A stretch of DNA of 64,000 nucleotides, from positions 57,660,001 through 57,724,000 of the forward strand of contig OX597825.1 of the NCBI GenBank assembly GCA_951406725.2, read 5' to 3'. The position numbers and the translations under genes are program-made. This DNA is from Octopus vulgaris. Its lineage: Eukaryota. This document shows positions 52,628 through 64,000 of this stretch, piece after piece. A model generated the notes under the pieces. It made no database searches. It saw nothing but the letters and a program-made list of their open reading frames with translations, and was not told the origin of the DNA. The first letter of the stretch is position 1. Each line of letters opens with the position of its first letter.

Positions 52628-52659
52628 CATCATCATTATCATTATCTTCATCATCATAA

Positions 52660-52714
<55 letters not shown>

Positions 52715-52725
52715 CATCATCATAA

Positions 52726-52763
<38 letters not shown>

Positions 52764-52804
52764 GTTATTATTATTATTATTACTATTATTATTATTATTA
52801 TTAC

Positions 52805-52846
<42 letters not shown>

Positions 52847-52880
52847 CGTTACTATTATTATTATTATTATTATTATTATT
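52310..52880 (+). repeat. (TAT)n/(CAT)n array with higher-order periodicity
   Basis: Recurring block (TAT)n-(CAT)n-TATCATTATCTTCATCATCATA(G/A)T; source of the 324/296/212 aa pseudo-ORFs. Confidence 0.93.
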
Positions 52881-53227
52881 TCTTCATTAAGGCTGGCACA
52901 AGAATTTAAAAGAGGTAGCTTTATATTAGGAAGCTGCAAGGTTTCCGGTTAGCCACAGAAAAAGAAAATAATATACACAAATATATATACACATGCATAT
53001 ATATATAAACACACACGTGTATGTATGCATGTGTACACACACGCATACATACAGACACGGACACGCAAACACGCGTATATTATAGGAAGACAAAAGTGTC
53101 CGTTTATATCTCGTTTCTTAAATTAGGGATAGTCTGTTGTTTCCTCTTGCTATTTATTGAAAGATGTCTAAAGTTATGTAAGATAACTGTCTGAAAAGAA
53201 ATCAGGCACTAAAATAGCCTCCTCCAA

Positions 53228-53300
<73 letters not shown>

Positions 53301-53411
53301 ATTCTCACATACACACGAGCCTACGCACGCGCGCACACATGTATATGCTTGTTTTGAATGTATGTGCGTATGCATGTCTGTCCGTCATTATGTATATATA
53401 CAGAGATAGAT

Positions 53412-53443
<32 letters not shown>

Positions 53444-53539
53444 ATATATATATATTATATATATATACACATACATATATACATATATTATATATATATA
53501 CACATACATATATACATATATATATATACACATATGTAT

Positions 53540-54610
<1,071 letters not shown>

Positions 54611-54635
54611 TGTATGTATATACATATATGCATAT

Positions 54636-54704
<69 letters not shown>

Positions 54705-54796
54705 GTGTTGGAATGAGGGAAAGGAATAAATAAAATCCTGTCTCCCGAAAAGCTTGTAGTACGTGACTGGGGGACCACTTCTTCAGCTGATGGCGG

Positions 54797-55200
54797 ATCT
54801 ATTCCATTTGACGGACAGATTTTTAAAATAATTTTTTTAAAACTAAACACTTTGAAACTTCAGATACTGGTAGAATGTCTCACATAGAATAGGGCTTACT
54901 CTTAACCTTTTGGATAAAATTTGATAATTTAGAAGTTATTTCATGTTAAAGTTGTCGTATTTGGGTAATTTTAACCAATCAATGGCGTGTATTCAGCTGG
55001 AGAAAATTACTGCCACTGTTTGCGAACAACTTCAGTGTCCATTGACAAAACGATGAGTGTTCGACAACAGACAAATTTAAACTGAAAATCTCCCCTAACA
55101 AAACCCTTTTGATGCATATATGCATCACGCAATCGAACCAATGAAATAGCCTCTGCCTGGTCGCTCGACACGCTAAAAATATCAGCCAAAGTATCCCCCT
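54797..55200 (+). repeat. Unclassified dispersed repeat, copy 2
   Basis: See 47515-47862. Confidence 0.75.
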
Positions 55201-55288
55201 ACCGAAGTCATACGCCCATTGTACGTAATTTTCTAGATTATCCCTATAAAGACGGTTTGCTGAAGGCTGGAATGTCTTCATAAGCACT

Positions 55289-55352
<64 letters not shown>

Positions 55353-55612
55353 GAAATATGTTACAAAAAGAAAATATAAAATACACGTTGAAATGTAAGG
55401 GAAAAATATGAAAAATCAACGAAAATGTACATTGCAAATAAAAAAAGGCTATTTATGACAGGTAACGACAAATATATACATTTAGATTGACTGAGGTAGT
55501 AATACGAGTCATAAAAGTCATTATTATGAGATGATTATAAGATGATAATAAATTAAGAGAACAAAACGGACCATGGTTTACGCAAAGCTATTCATCGTTT
55601 GAAAGACATCGG

Positions 55613-55691
<79 letters not shown>

Positions 55692-55704
55692 GTGTGTGTG
55701 TATA

Positions 55705-55810
55705 AATCTAAATAAGCAACAGGGTATCAAGTAGTGATGCAGTACGAACGTTTCAAGCGGTTTCATTTAATCGAACAATGCAATCATTACATCAATTTAA
55801 ACGCAATGCC
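55705..55810 (-). mobile_element. Truncated copy of the 61 kb hammerhead module
   Basis: Minus: ...TTTAAATTGATGTAATGATTGCATTGTTCGATTAAATG...GAAACGTTCGTACTGCATC...TGTTGCTTATT; homologous to 61270-61367. Confidence 0.75.
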
Positions 55811-56027
55811 AAATAAATAAATAGAATTTTAACCAGTTGGACACATTAATATAATTTTTCTCAAATACTTTAACAGAACCGGCAGAAGTGTTAGCACGTC
55901 GGACAAAATGGTTAGGGGTAGTTCTTTCGGGTGTAGTGGGCGATAAAATTATTATTAGCTGAGCACAGATGGCATCGATCAGCTCCTCCCACAAAATTTC
56001 AAAAAATAGCAGAAGGAATATACATAT

Positions 56028-56108
<81 letters not shown>

Positions 56109-56333
56109 ATATATGTATATATATGTATATAGATATATATATATATGTACGCACACATATATACTTGCATACAAACATACAGACAGACACACACACATAC
56201 ACACACATATGTTGACAGTCTTCTCTGTTACAAAACATGATACAGGACGGACAATACATATATAAAATGCTTAAATGCTTGTATAAACGTTCAATACACA
56301 CATGAATATATATATGGGTGTGTGCGTGAATGT

Positions 56334-56377
<44 letters not shown>

Positions 56378-56769
56378 GTGTGTGCGTGTGTATAAAACAG
56401 AATTCAGTTGAAGCGATAAGGGGGCAAGATATGATATACTTCGTTTGACACTAGACTTCGAGAGGTCAACAGTCGCCGTCTTCTCTCTTGTATTGCATCA
56501 TTAATAGTTTGGAGAATTCTCACGCTGCCGCCTACACCTTATCTGTGAGATACTAAAGTCTAAACATAGCTCTACCATACGTCCTCACCTTACTATTTCC
56601 ACAACATTTATTCGTTTATAAACTGAGCCAAAAACGTATCCTCCAACTGGAGGCCGTTCGTCCTGCTAGAAATAGCAAGCAATTCTGATTCAAACGACAA
56701 CCTGCAGTTCGAAGAATAGGAAGCGCACGTAGAATTATTTAATCTTATGTCTGTATAATATTAATTATA

Positions 56770-57145
56770 ATCCTTTCTACTATAGAAAGAAGGCCTGGAT
56801 TTTTTGGGGCGGGGGCAGTCGATCACTACTTATTTTATCGACGCCGAGGGATGGAAGGCTAAGTCGACCTCGGCGGAATTTGAACTCAGAACGGAGCGAC
56901 GGGCGAAATACCTAGTTCTTTACTACCCACAAAGGGCTAAACACAGAGAGGACAAACAAGGACAGACAAACGGATTAAGTAGATTATATCGACCCCAGTG
57001 CGTAACTGGTACTTAATTTATCGACCCCGAAAGGATGAAAGGCAAAGTCGACCTCGGCGGAATTTGAACTCAGGACGTAGCGGCAGACGAAATACCGCTA
57101 CGCATTTCACCCGGCGTGCTAACGATTCTGCCAGCTCGCCGCCTC

Positions 57146-57209
<64 letters not shown>

Positions 57210-57242
57210 TTCACAATAATAATAATAATAATAATCATAATC

Positions 57243-57279
<37 letters not shown>

Positions 57280-57504
57280 TAATAATAATAATCCTTTATA
57301 CTATTGGCAGAAGGCCTGAGATTTTGGGAGAAGGGACTAGACGATTACATCAACCCCAGTGTTTCACTGGTACTTAATTTATCGACTCCGAAAGGATGAA
57401 AAGCAAAGTCAAACTCGGCGGAATTTGAACTAAGAACGTAGTGACAGGCCAAATATCGCTAAATATTTCATCCATCGTGCTAACGATTCTGTCAGCTCAC
57501 CGAC

Positions 57505-57507
<3 letters not shown>
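56770..57507 (-). mobile_element. SINE family B copies (56770-57146 dimeric; 57290-57507) separated by (AAT)n
   Basis: Reverse complement of family B. Confidence 0.9.
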
Positions 57508-57597
<90 letters not shown>

Positions 57598-57598
57598 G

Positions 57599-58147
57599 GT
57601 GCAGTACCAGGCAGTGGCTCTCATGGCTTCTGATCTTAACTGATTGGAAGTGTCATCATGTACATTGTTTTGTCTTGGTATAAAAGATGGGCTACAGCAA
57701 ATATTCTGCTCAATACCACAGATTTGCTTGTCAGTTGTTTGACCTTAACCAGTTGAGCATGAGTCTTGTTGGCTGACGATATGTGCATCTCTGATCACGA
57801 GCAGAAGTAGTGGGGGAGCATCATAGCCATGTGTTGAGAGGGATTCTTTGGGGTTTGAATAATTCACCTCTGGAAACATGGGTGGTTCTTTCAACATCCT
57901 TAAACAACCCTTATTCAGGGACCTTTTGAGCAGGATGGGCTACTCGACCTGAAGAAAATTCTAACTGGGCCCCACCTGCAAGGTCGTGCGCTGTTTACCT
58001 TGATATGAGATCACCATGTCGCGCACATATGGTTGTGATGCATATGCCTGGTGTACCCTTATCAGACGGGTAGTCATGATGGGTATATTGGGCTTCGTAT
58101 ATTTTACCCCAGTGTCACTTTGATGGCATGAACTGCTCTGTCACTCA
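57599..58147 (-). mobile_element. Element E copy 3 (opposite orientation, ~9 bp shorter at one end)
   Basis: Reverse complement of 32705-33261; (AAT)n on both sides. Confidence 0.92.
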
Positions 58148-58161
58148 ATAATAATAATAAC

Positions 58162-58195
<34 letters not shown>

Positions 58196-58228
58196 GTAGT
58201 AGTAGAAGTAGTAGTAGTAGTAGCAGTA

Positions 58229-58285
<57 letters not shown>

Positions 58286-58286
<1 letters not shown>

Positions 58287-59125
58287 TTTCTTTTTTAAAC
58301 GCAAGGGCCCAAGACATGGAGGACAGTATCAAACACGAGATACAACACACAATCTATCGATCAAGAGGGAACACTACAACATTATAGATATAAAATTAGA
58401 AATTAGAAATAAATAATTAATAAATAGAATCATCTATAGCGGGGTGGTCTGCTTAGGGTAAACCCCACACAAAACGTCCTGGATTACTCTGCCATCCCCA
58501 AGGCATGGAAAGTGCAATTTCTCAGTTTCTTTCCTCCTATTTAGAAAAAAAGCATATTCGGAGTAGATTCATTCAACCTCACCAGTCTTGCTACTCTCGT
58601 TCAGCATCTCACTCTCTACCTCACCTTCCTCTTCAAATGATATTTGAAGAAATTGATGAGAGCTTGGCCAGATAGGAAAGTGCCTGAATTCAAACCTTTC
58701 AGGCAGTTCCATTACACAGCCTCCTTTGCTGCAGCTGCCAAGCAGATAAAGATCTCTCTCACTTCTCCTACAAAGGAAGCGGGTGCATCAATCTTCGCTC
58801 TACACTCGGCGGACTTCTGGATTCGTCTTACACGAGACAGCAGCTGCTCAACGCAAGCCCATAAGTCTCTAATACATGGACACTGAACGATTGCATGCAG
58901 TACGGTTTCGTCTCCCTACATGCATCTCGGGCAGATTCGGCTTTTGGCGCTTCCATACCTGCAGAAATCGTTTCGAACAGGCAACACCCCTACTACCCGT
59001 AGCACAGCCATGCCAAAGACTTTTGGAAATTGTCCATGGTTTTCGTCCCGTAAGTTCTCCAGAAGAGACAACTCAGGCTCTTCTTGTCGATTGCAAGAGT
59101 CATCGTCTCTCATACTGTCAACTAC
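58286..59125 (-). pseudogene. L1/Tx1-like LINE 3' end (C-terminal CCHC zinc finger plus 3'UTR)
   Basis: Minus: VLPVRNDFCRYGSAKSRICPRCM*GDETVLHAIVQCPCIRDLWACVEQLL...AAAKEAV*W...FFKYHLKRKVR (CPxC...ET..H....C....LW). Confidence 0.82.
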
Positions 59126-59204
59126 CCCCCCCCCCTATAGAAACCGTGAGGTGTTGCCCCGCTAACAACTTTGCCCAGCTGGAGCTATGCAGTAGTTACC
59201 ACCG

Positions 59205-59310
59205 CTTTAGGAATCGACAAAACACTTCATTTCACGTGGCTTCAGTCCACTCAGCGATAAATGACTGACCCTGCGACGGACAAACATTTCGTTCAGGGGA
59301 AATGTTGGGC
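59205..59310 (+). mobile_element. SINE family D internal fragment
   Basis: AAAACACTTCATTTCACGTGGCTTCAGTCCACTCAGC...CCCTGCGACGGAC. Confidence 0.65.
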
Positions 59311-59422
59311 TTCCCTCCAGGCAGGCTAGAACAATGCAAGTAAGCGTACTGTGATCAGCGGTGTACAATAACATCCGATAATTTGGTTTATAGAGAGTCG
59401 CACACACACACACACGCACATT

Positions 59423-59455
<33 letters not shown>

Positions 59456-59473
59456 ATACATATATATATATAT

Positions 59474-59698
59474 ATCTGTAAATGTAATATGTGATAATTA
59501 TTCGGTAGCCATGATTAAACTCTGAGTTTCGGATGCCGGGGTGGAAATCCACGCTGTCATCTCTTCAGTTATCCGGCCATCTGTAAAAATGGTATGAAAA
59601 ATCTATGAAGATTTTTCATAGCATTTCCACCCCGGGATCCGAAACTCGGAGTTTTATTATGGCCACCGAATAATTGTCACATATTACATTTACAGATA
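59474..59698. mobile_element. Inverted pair of hammerhead-bearing modules (arms 59474-59548 and 59623-59698)
   Basis: ~75 bp arms are reverse complements. Minus strand 59578-59507: ggccggataa-CTGAAGA-gatgacagcgtgga tt tccaccccggcatcc-GAAAC TCAGA GTT-taatcatggct. The plus arm carries the 3' half GAAACTCGGAGTT-ttattatggcc, which pairs with ggccggataa. Confidence 0.8.
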
Positions 59699-59759
59699 AA
59701 TTCCTCTATTGACATAATATCAAGGTCTTTTTCATTCTTTTGTTGTCTTACCATTTTTA

Positions 59760-59962
59760 TCAACATGTGACCTCGTGTGTACCGTTGGCGATTTTTTCCC
59801 TCTGTCTTCCCTTCTCTGGATCTTTCCTTCTCCTATGTTTCCGACAAAGAGGTCCGCTCGAAACGTTAAACCCTCCTTTCCTGAGCGTCCAATAATACTA
59901 TATTTGTTCCACGTCCTCGCGTTGTTGTGTTTTTTTGTGCTTTCTTGTTTGGATTAACTTTA
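59760..59962 (+). mobile_element. Microsatellite-terminated module with a degraded hammerhead-like motif
   Basis: CCGACAA-agaggtccgctc-GAAACGTT at ~59841-59867, then GAGCGTCCAATAATAC as in the 13398/28073 family. Confidence 0.5.
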
Positions 59963-59965
59963 ACT

Positions 59966-60043
<78 letters not shown>

Positions 60044-60465
60044 ATAAACATTATTCATTGTGCACTGTATCTAAGTGATAATTATGTTATTGAACTTAAG
60101 CGGCAGATTGTTGTAGCTGGTGAATATGTATCGTATAAAGGCTGATAAAACAGCACATCAGCACTAACAGTGCACAAACAATAGCACGTAAAGTGCGGAC
60201 AGGAAACTTGATGAAATTAATGCCAAAAACAAAACAATTTGAAGTTATTTGTTTCGAGGAATTAGGACGAGCTGGGGAAATTAGATTTTTACCAGATGTC
60301 ATGTTATTATTCTGTGTAGCAAGAAGTAGATAATTTTAAACACTCTGCTATAAATATTCGTTTATTCCACATTGCCATGTCTACTTTTTGTTTTCTTTTG
60401 TTTATAATTAATTAGTAATTTTGTTGTTTGCATTAAACGTTTTGTTCAATATTAAAGTAGTGCAT

Positions 60466-60975
60466 TAAGGCGGTAAGTTGCAGCATCGTTCGCACGCCGG
60501 GCGAAGTGCTTAGCAGCAGTTTGCCTGTCTTTACGTTCTGAGTTCAAATTCCACCGGGGTTGACTTTGCCTTTCATCCTTTCGGCAAAGGATGAAAGGCA
60601 TCTGGTACTTGTTTTCGATAAAAACAAGTACCAGATGAGTCGATGAGTCGATGTAATCAACTAACCCCATCCCCTGAAATTACTGGCCTTGTCCCAAAAC
60701 TTGAATATTTTGGTACTCTTCTGATATCGCGAATAATTGATATTTTCTAATCTTAATCTTCGTGTTAAAATAATCACTGTTACTTCGTTAATTCTTCCAT
60801 ACATCCATATCTCTGATGACCAGCTCTTCAGCCTCTCCATGTGGTCTGTTTAGTTTTTATCCTTTCATCCTTTCGGAGTCAATAAAAAATCACAAGTACC
60901 TGTTGAACATTAAGGTCTAGGTAATCGACTTAACCCCTCCCCCAAAATGCTGACCTTGTGTCAAAATTTGAAATC
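60466..60975 (+). mobile_element. SINE family B (60466-60705) and partial copy (60855-60975)
   Basis: TAAGGCGG...TTCTGAGTTCAAATTCC...GACTTTGCCTTTCATCCTTTCGG; the first copy has a local inversion (CTTTGCCTTTCATCCTTT / AAAGGATGAAAGGCA). Confidence 0.82.
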
Positions 60976-61030
60976 AATATTAATTTATTGCGCATATTAT
61001 CGCTGATCTTCAACATATATATATATATAT

Positions 61031-61367
61031 AATCAAAATAAGCAACAAGGTTATCCAGAGTTAAAGCAGTACAATCATTCCACGCAACTCCATTTAATTG
61101 AACAATGCAACCATTACATCAATTTAAATGCAGAGCAATCCTCAGCTGCATAACGGCATTCCATTTAATTGAACAATGCAACCATTATATCAATTTAAAT
61201 GCAGAGCAATCCTCAGCTGCATAAAGACATAGAATTCTAGGTCTTTATGCAGCTGAAGATTGCTCTGCATTTAAATTGATGTAATGCTTGCATTGTTCAA
61301 TTAAATGGAGTTGCGTGAAACGATCGTACGGCATTACCTCTGGATATCCTTGTTGCTTATTTTGATT
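61031..61367. mobile_element. Large palindrome of hammerhead-bearing modules centred on GAATTC (61232-61237)
   Basis: Arms pair to the centre; the left arm has a 71-bp tandem duplication. Plus strand 61247-61334: atgcag-CTGAAGA-long hairpin-GAAAC GATC GTA-cggcat. Flanked by (TA)n. Confidence 0.82.
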
Positions 61368-61799
61368 TTAATCATCTTATTTTGAAATTGTATGGATAAT
61401 ACCGTACTATCTGGTGCCTCAACTTAAGTATCATATTCATCTGAATTTATATATATATATATATATGTGTGCATGTCTGCTTATATACATGTAATGTATG
61501 TATGCACGTATGTTTTTATGCATGCATTAATGCATGGTTGAAAGTATGCATAATGTAGTTGTGGTTGCATGACTGAAAGTCATTAATATCTTTCAATAAT
61601 GACCTCAGTGGTTTGAACTCAGAAAGCAGAGAGTTGAAACAATTAGGGTGATAATAAGCTCTAACGAAAAGATAAATATAATTTCTAAATAAAATATGTA
61701 AATATAAGTAAAAATAAACATACACATAAGCACTAAATATATTTAACTGACTCATACAATTTAGTTGCGATGAAGTTAACCCACTGTATACATACGCTC

Positions 61800-61845
<46 letters not shown>

Positions 61846-62454
61846 ATATATGTTACCATTCTCTTCATAAAGAGACAAAGACGGTTCTTGTACCAAAAAT
61901 AGAATGTTTAAATATGAATTGAAAACATGCCTCTCTTTATTTCTTCTTCCATGAATTTTCCAATTGTGTATTATTAGAAGAATTTATGTAAAAGTTTTGC
62001 TTCCATTCATGTTTGAATGCTTCAAGTGAATGGCATATGTTTTCTAAATCAAAAACAAATTTCTCCAACGAAACGCCCTGCTCTGTTCTAGATTTCACAA
62101 TGTCGGCTGTTGTTTATATTTACATGCATACACACAAATGAACAAATACACACAAATGCACACACAAATTAACACATAAACACACACACGCACACATAAA
62201 ATGCACGCAAGCACACACACATGCTCGCGTACACACAGACATTTACATGCTGATTAAGTTCACATACATGGCTTACATTCATCTTCGTTGAATAAATTAC
62301 TTCGTTGTGGTTAAAGTTCAGGAATTCCCCATATAGGGACGAAACCGTGAACTAATCGACTAGTGTCGTCTGGTTATTGCTACCCTGTTAAAGTGTTTAT
62401 TCATGTTTGTCATACAGAAATAGATAGATAGAAAGATAAACAGATAGTTAGCTG

Positions 62455-63274
62455 CGATGTGCATTCCAGAGGTTTTGAGACTTTTCTAGGAAATGCAATT
62501 ATAATTGTCCTAGGTTAATGTAATTGCAGTATATCATTACTGTACATTTAATGAGGTGACCTGCCGACTTTAACAGCACTTTGAACTCATCCTACTAAAC
62601 ATTGCTTCTCATAGCTGACTAGTTTACGCAATAAAGTTTTGTGCTAATCTGGGCAAAAATGCTACAGAAACTTATGGAATGCACGAAATTGTTAATTGGA
62701 CTTTTTGCTGGCACAAGAGACTCAAGGACAATAGAACGATGAGAGATAATGAGAGGTGTGGAAGAGAGAGGAATGTCAGAATTAGAGTTGGTTAAGGAAA
62801 TATGCAATTTTCGGATGAAGACTGTTATATGGCTTTAAAGACAACAACCATACAGTTTGGAGTTGGATTGGCAACTATATACAGAATTACTCATGAACAT
62901 CTGAACATGAGCAACATTTGTGAAAAATTGTTCCCAGGGTACGGAGTTTCGAGCATTCTGGTACCCAACAATTTGACTGAGGTGGATATCAAAACTATAC
63001 CCCACTTTCCCTACAGTCCAAACCTTGCTCCATGTGACTTTAGATTGTTCTCCAAAGTGATGAAAAACCTCGAGGGCAGCCGTTTTGAAGTTAGTCTGTA
63101 ACAGGAGTCATGGACACCTTCACATTCAAGAACTTCAATGGGGCCTTCACGAAATGGCTGGAATGCTGCAACATGTACATAGAAGTCAAAGGATCCTACT
63201 TTAACGCGTATTAGCGTTTTGTAAATAAACAAGTCTCTCCTTAAAAAGTCTAAAAACTTCTGGAATGCACCTAG
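62455..63274 (+). mobile_element. Internally deleted mariner transposon with both TIRs
   Basis: TIRs CGATGTGCATTCCAGAGGTTTTGAGACTTTT / AAAAGTCTAAAAACTTCTGGAATGCACCTAG-TA; translations TIYRITHEHLNMSNICEKLFP (WVP region), PHFPYSPNLAPCDFRLFSK (YSPDLAPCDF) and KWLECCNMYIEVKGSYF. Confidence 0.92.
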
Positions 63275-63361
63275 TAGATAGATTAACAGATAGATAAACA
63301 GACGCACAAAGAAGAGAAATAGAAAGACAGAAAGACAGACAGATATATAGATAGTCAGACA

Positions 63362-63461
63362 NNNNNNNNNNNNNNNNNNNNNNNNNNNNNNNNNNNNNNN
63401 NNNNNNNNNNNNNNNNNNNNNNNNNNNNNNNNNNNNNNNNNNNNNNNNNNNNNNNNNNNNN
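63362..63461. other. Assembly gap (100 N)
   Basis: Run of N. Confidence 1.
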
Positions 63462-63572
63462 AAACTTATTTCTTTCCCAAAGTCAGATTAAATATGCCCA
63501 TTGTAATTAATTTATAAATATATAATGCATCAGCATGTTTGTTAGCATTATATAATGTATTAACCTACATTT

Positions 63573-64000
63573 TAGTATTTACTTCTTCGTTTATAAGACG
63601 TCTCAGGTGTGTCACACTTCAGGTTCCAGCAGAAGTCAACCAGCATAGCTGGGCTCCATTTCCCCTAATACCTGTTTTCCATTGATGCTATATCTTGATG
63701 GGACCTCACTCCATGTTCATCACTCACACCCCTTGCATTCTCTGGAAAGAAGGGCAGGTGCATCCGAAATCTTGGTAGCACTTGCTTAGGCTCTCCACTA
63801 TACTCTCTCCCTGCACCACTTGGTGCTTTCCCAGAAGTCCTTTGCATACATCTTTCAATGGATACCAGGCCACTAAGTCAGTTTCATCCATTGTGGCCTC
63901 GAAGTCCTCATCAGCTATAAGTTGACGAATCTGAGGGCCTACGAATATGCCCTCTTTAACCTTGACATCACTTATTTTAGAGAAGATTGCCTTTCGGTAC
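63573..64000 (-). pseudogene. Chapaev3-like (CMC) transposase C-terminal fragment, running off the window edge
   Basis: Minus: FSKISDVKVKEGIFVGPQIRQLIADEDF...AW..LK.V.KGLLG...CYQDFGC / HLPFFPENARGVSDEHGVRSHQDIASMENRY*GKWSPAMLVDFCWNL matches KEGIFVGPQIR...FFPENLGAVSDEHGERFHQDI..ME.RYQG.W...M.ADYCW; deletion/frameshift and a stop. Confidence 0.88.

Noticed and set aside
51978-52952. 324-aa ORF, the longest in the track
   Set aside because: Antisense of the Dong remnant fused to a poly-Ile microsatellite translation.
57773-57810. Hammerhead within element E (CTGACGA)
   Set aside because: No appropriately placed GAAA or pairing stems.

Overview
This is AT-rich, microsatellite-saturated eukaryotic DNA with no recognisable intact host protein-coding gene, rRNA, tRNA or CRISPR array. 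The repeat families (tRNA-derived SINEs, some with a CORE-like CCTTGGGCAAG block, plus dense (TA)n, (CATA)n, (TATC)n and (TAA)n arrays) resemble those of octopus (coleoid cephalopod) genomes; this is an inference from recalled family resemblance, not from a search. Almost all listed ORFs are translations of simple repeats. The real coding traces are all decayed transposons: two Penelope-like GIY-YIG fragments, four R4/Dong-like LINE fragments (a TAA-associated type and a CATA-associated type), an RTE LINE with an inverted APE segment, an L1/Tx1-like 3' end, Tc1 and mariner elements, and a Chapaev3-like transposase tail at the right edge. There are also several MITEs, a HINE/DINE-like Helentron derivative and a 100-N gap. 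The most interesting signal is non-coding: at least 5 clear and several degraded type-I hammerhead ribozyme motifs of different sequence families lie in short modules in or next to microsatellites. Three of them occur as inverted pairs and several have a CCGANGA core. Also notable are two ~550 bp microsatellite-embedded non-autonomous elements that share a terminal hairpin motif, and a 36-bp minisatellite derived from a LINE ORF. All coordinates were read by eye and may be off by a few bases.
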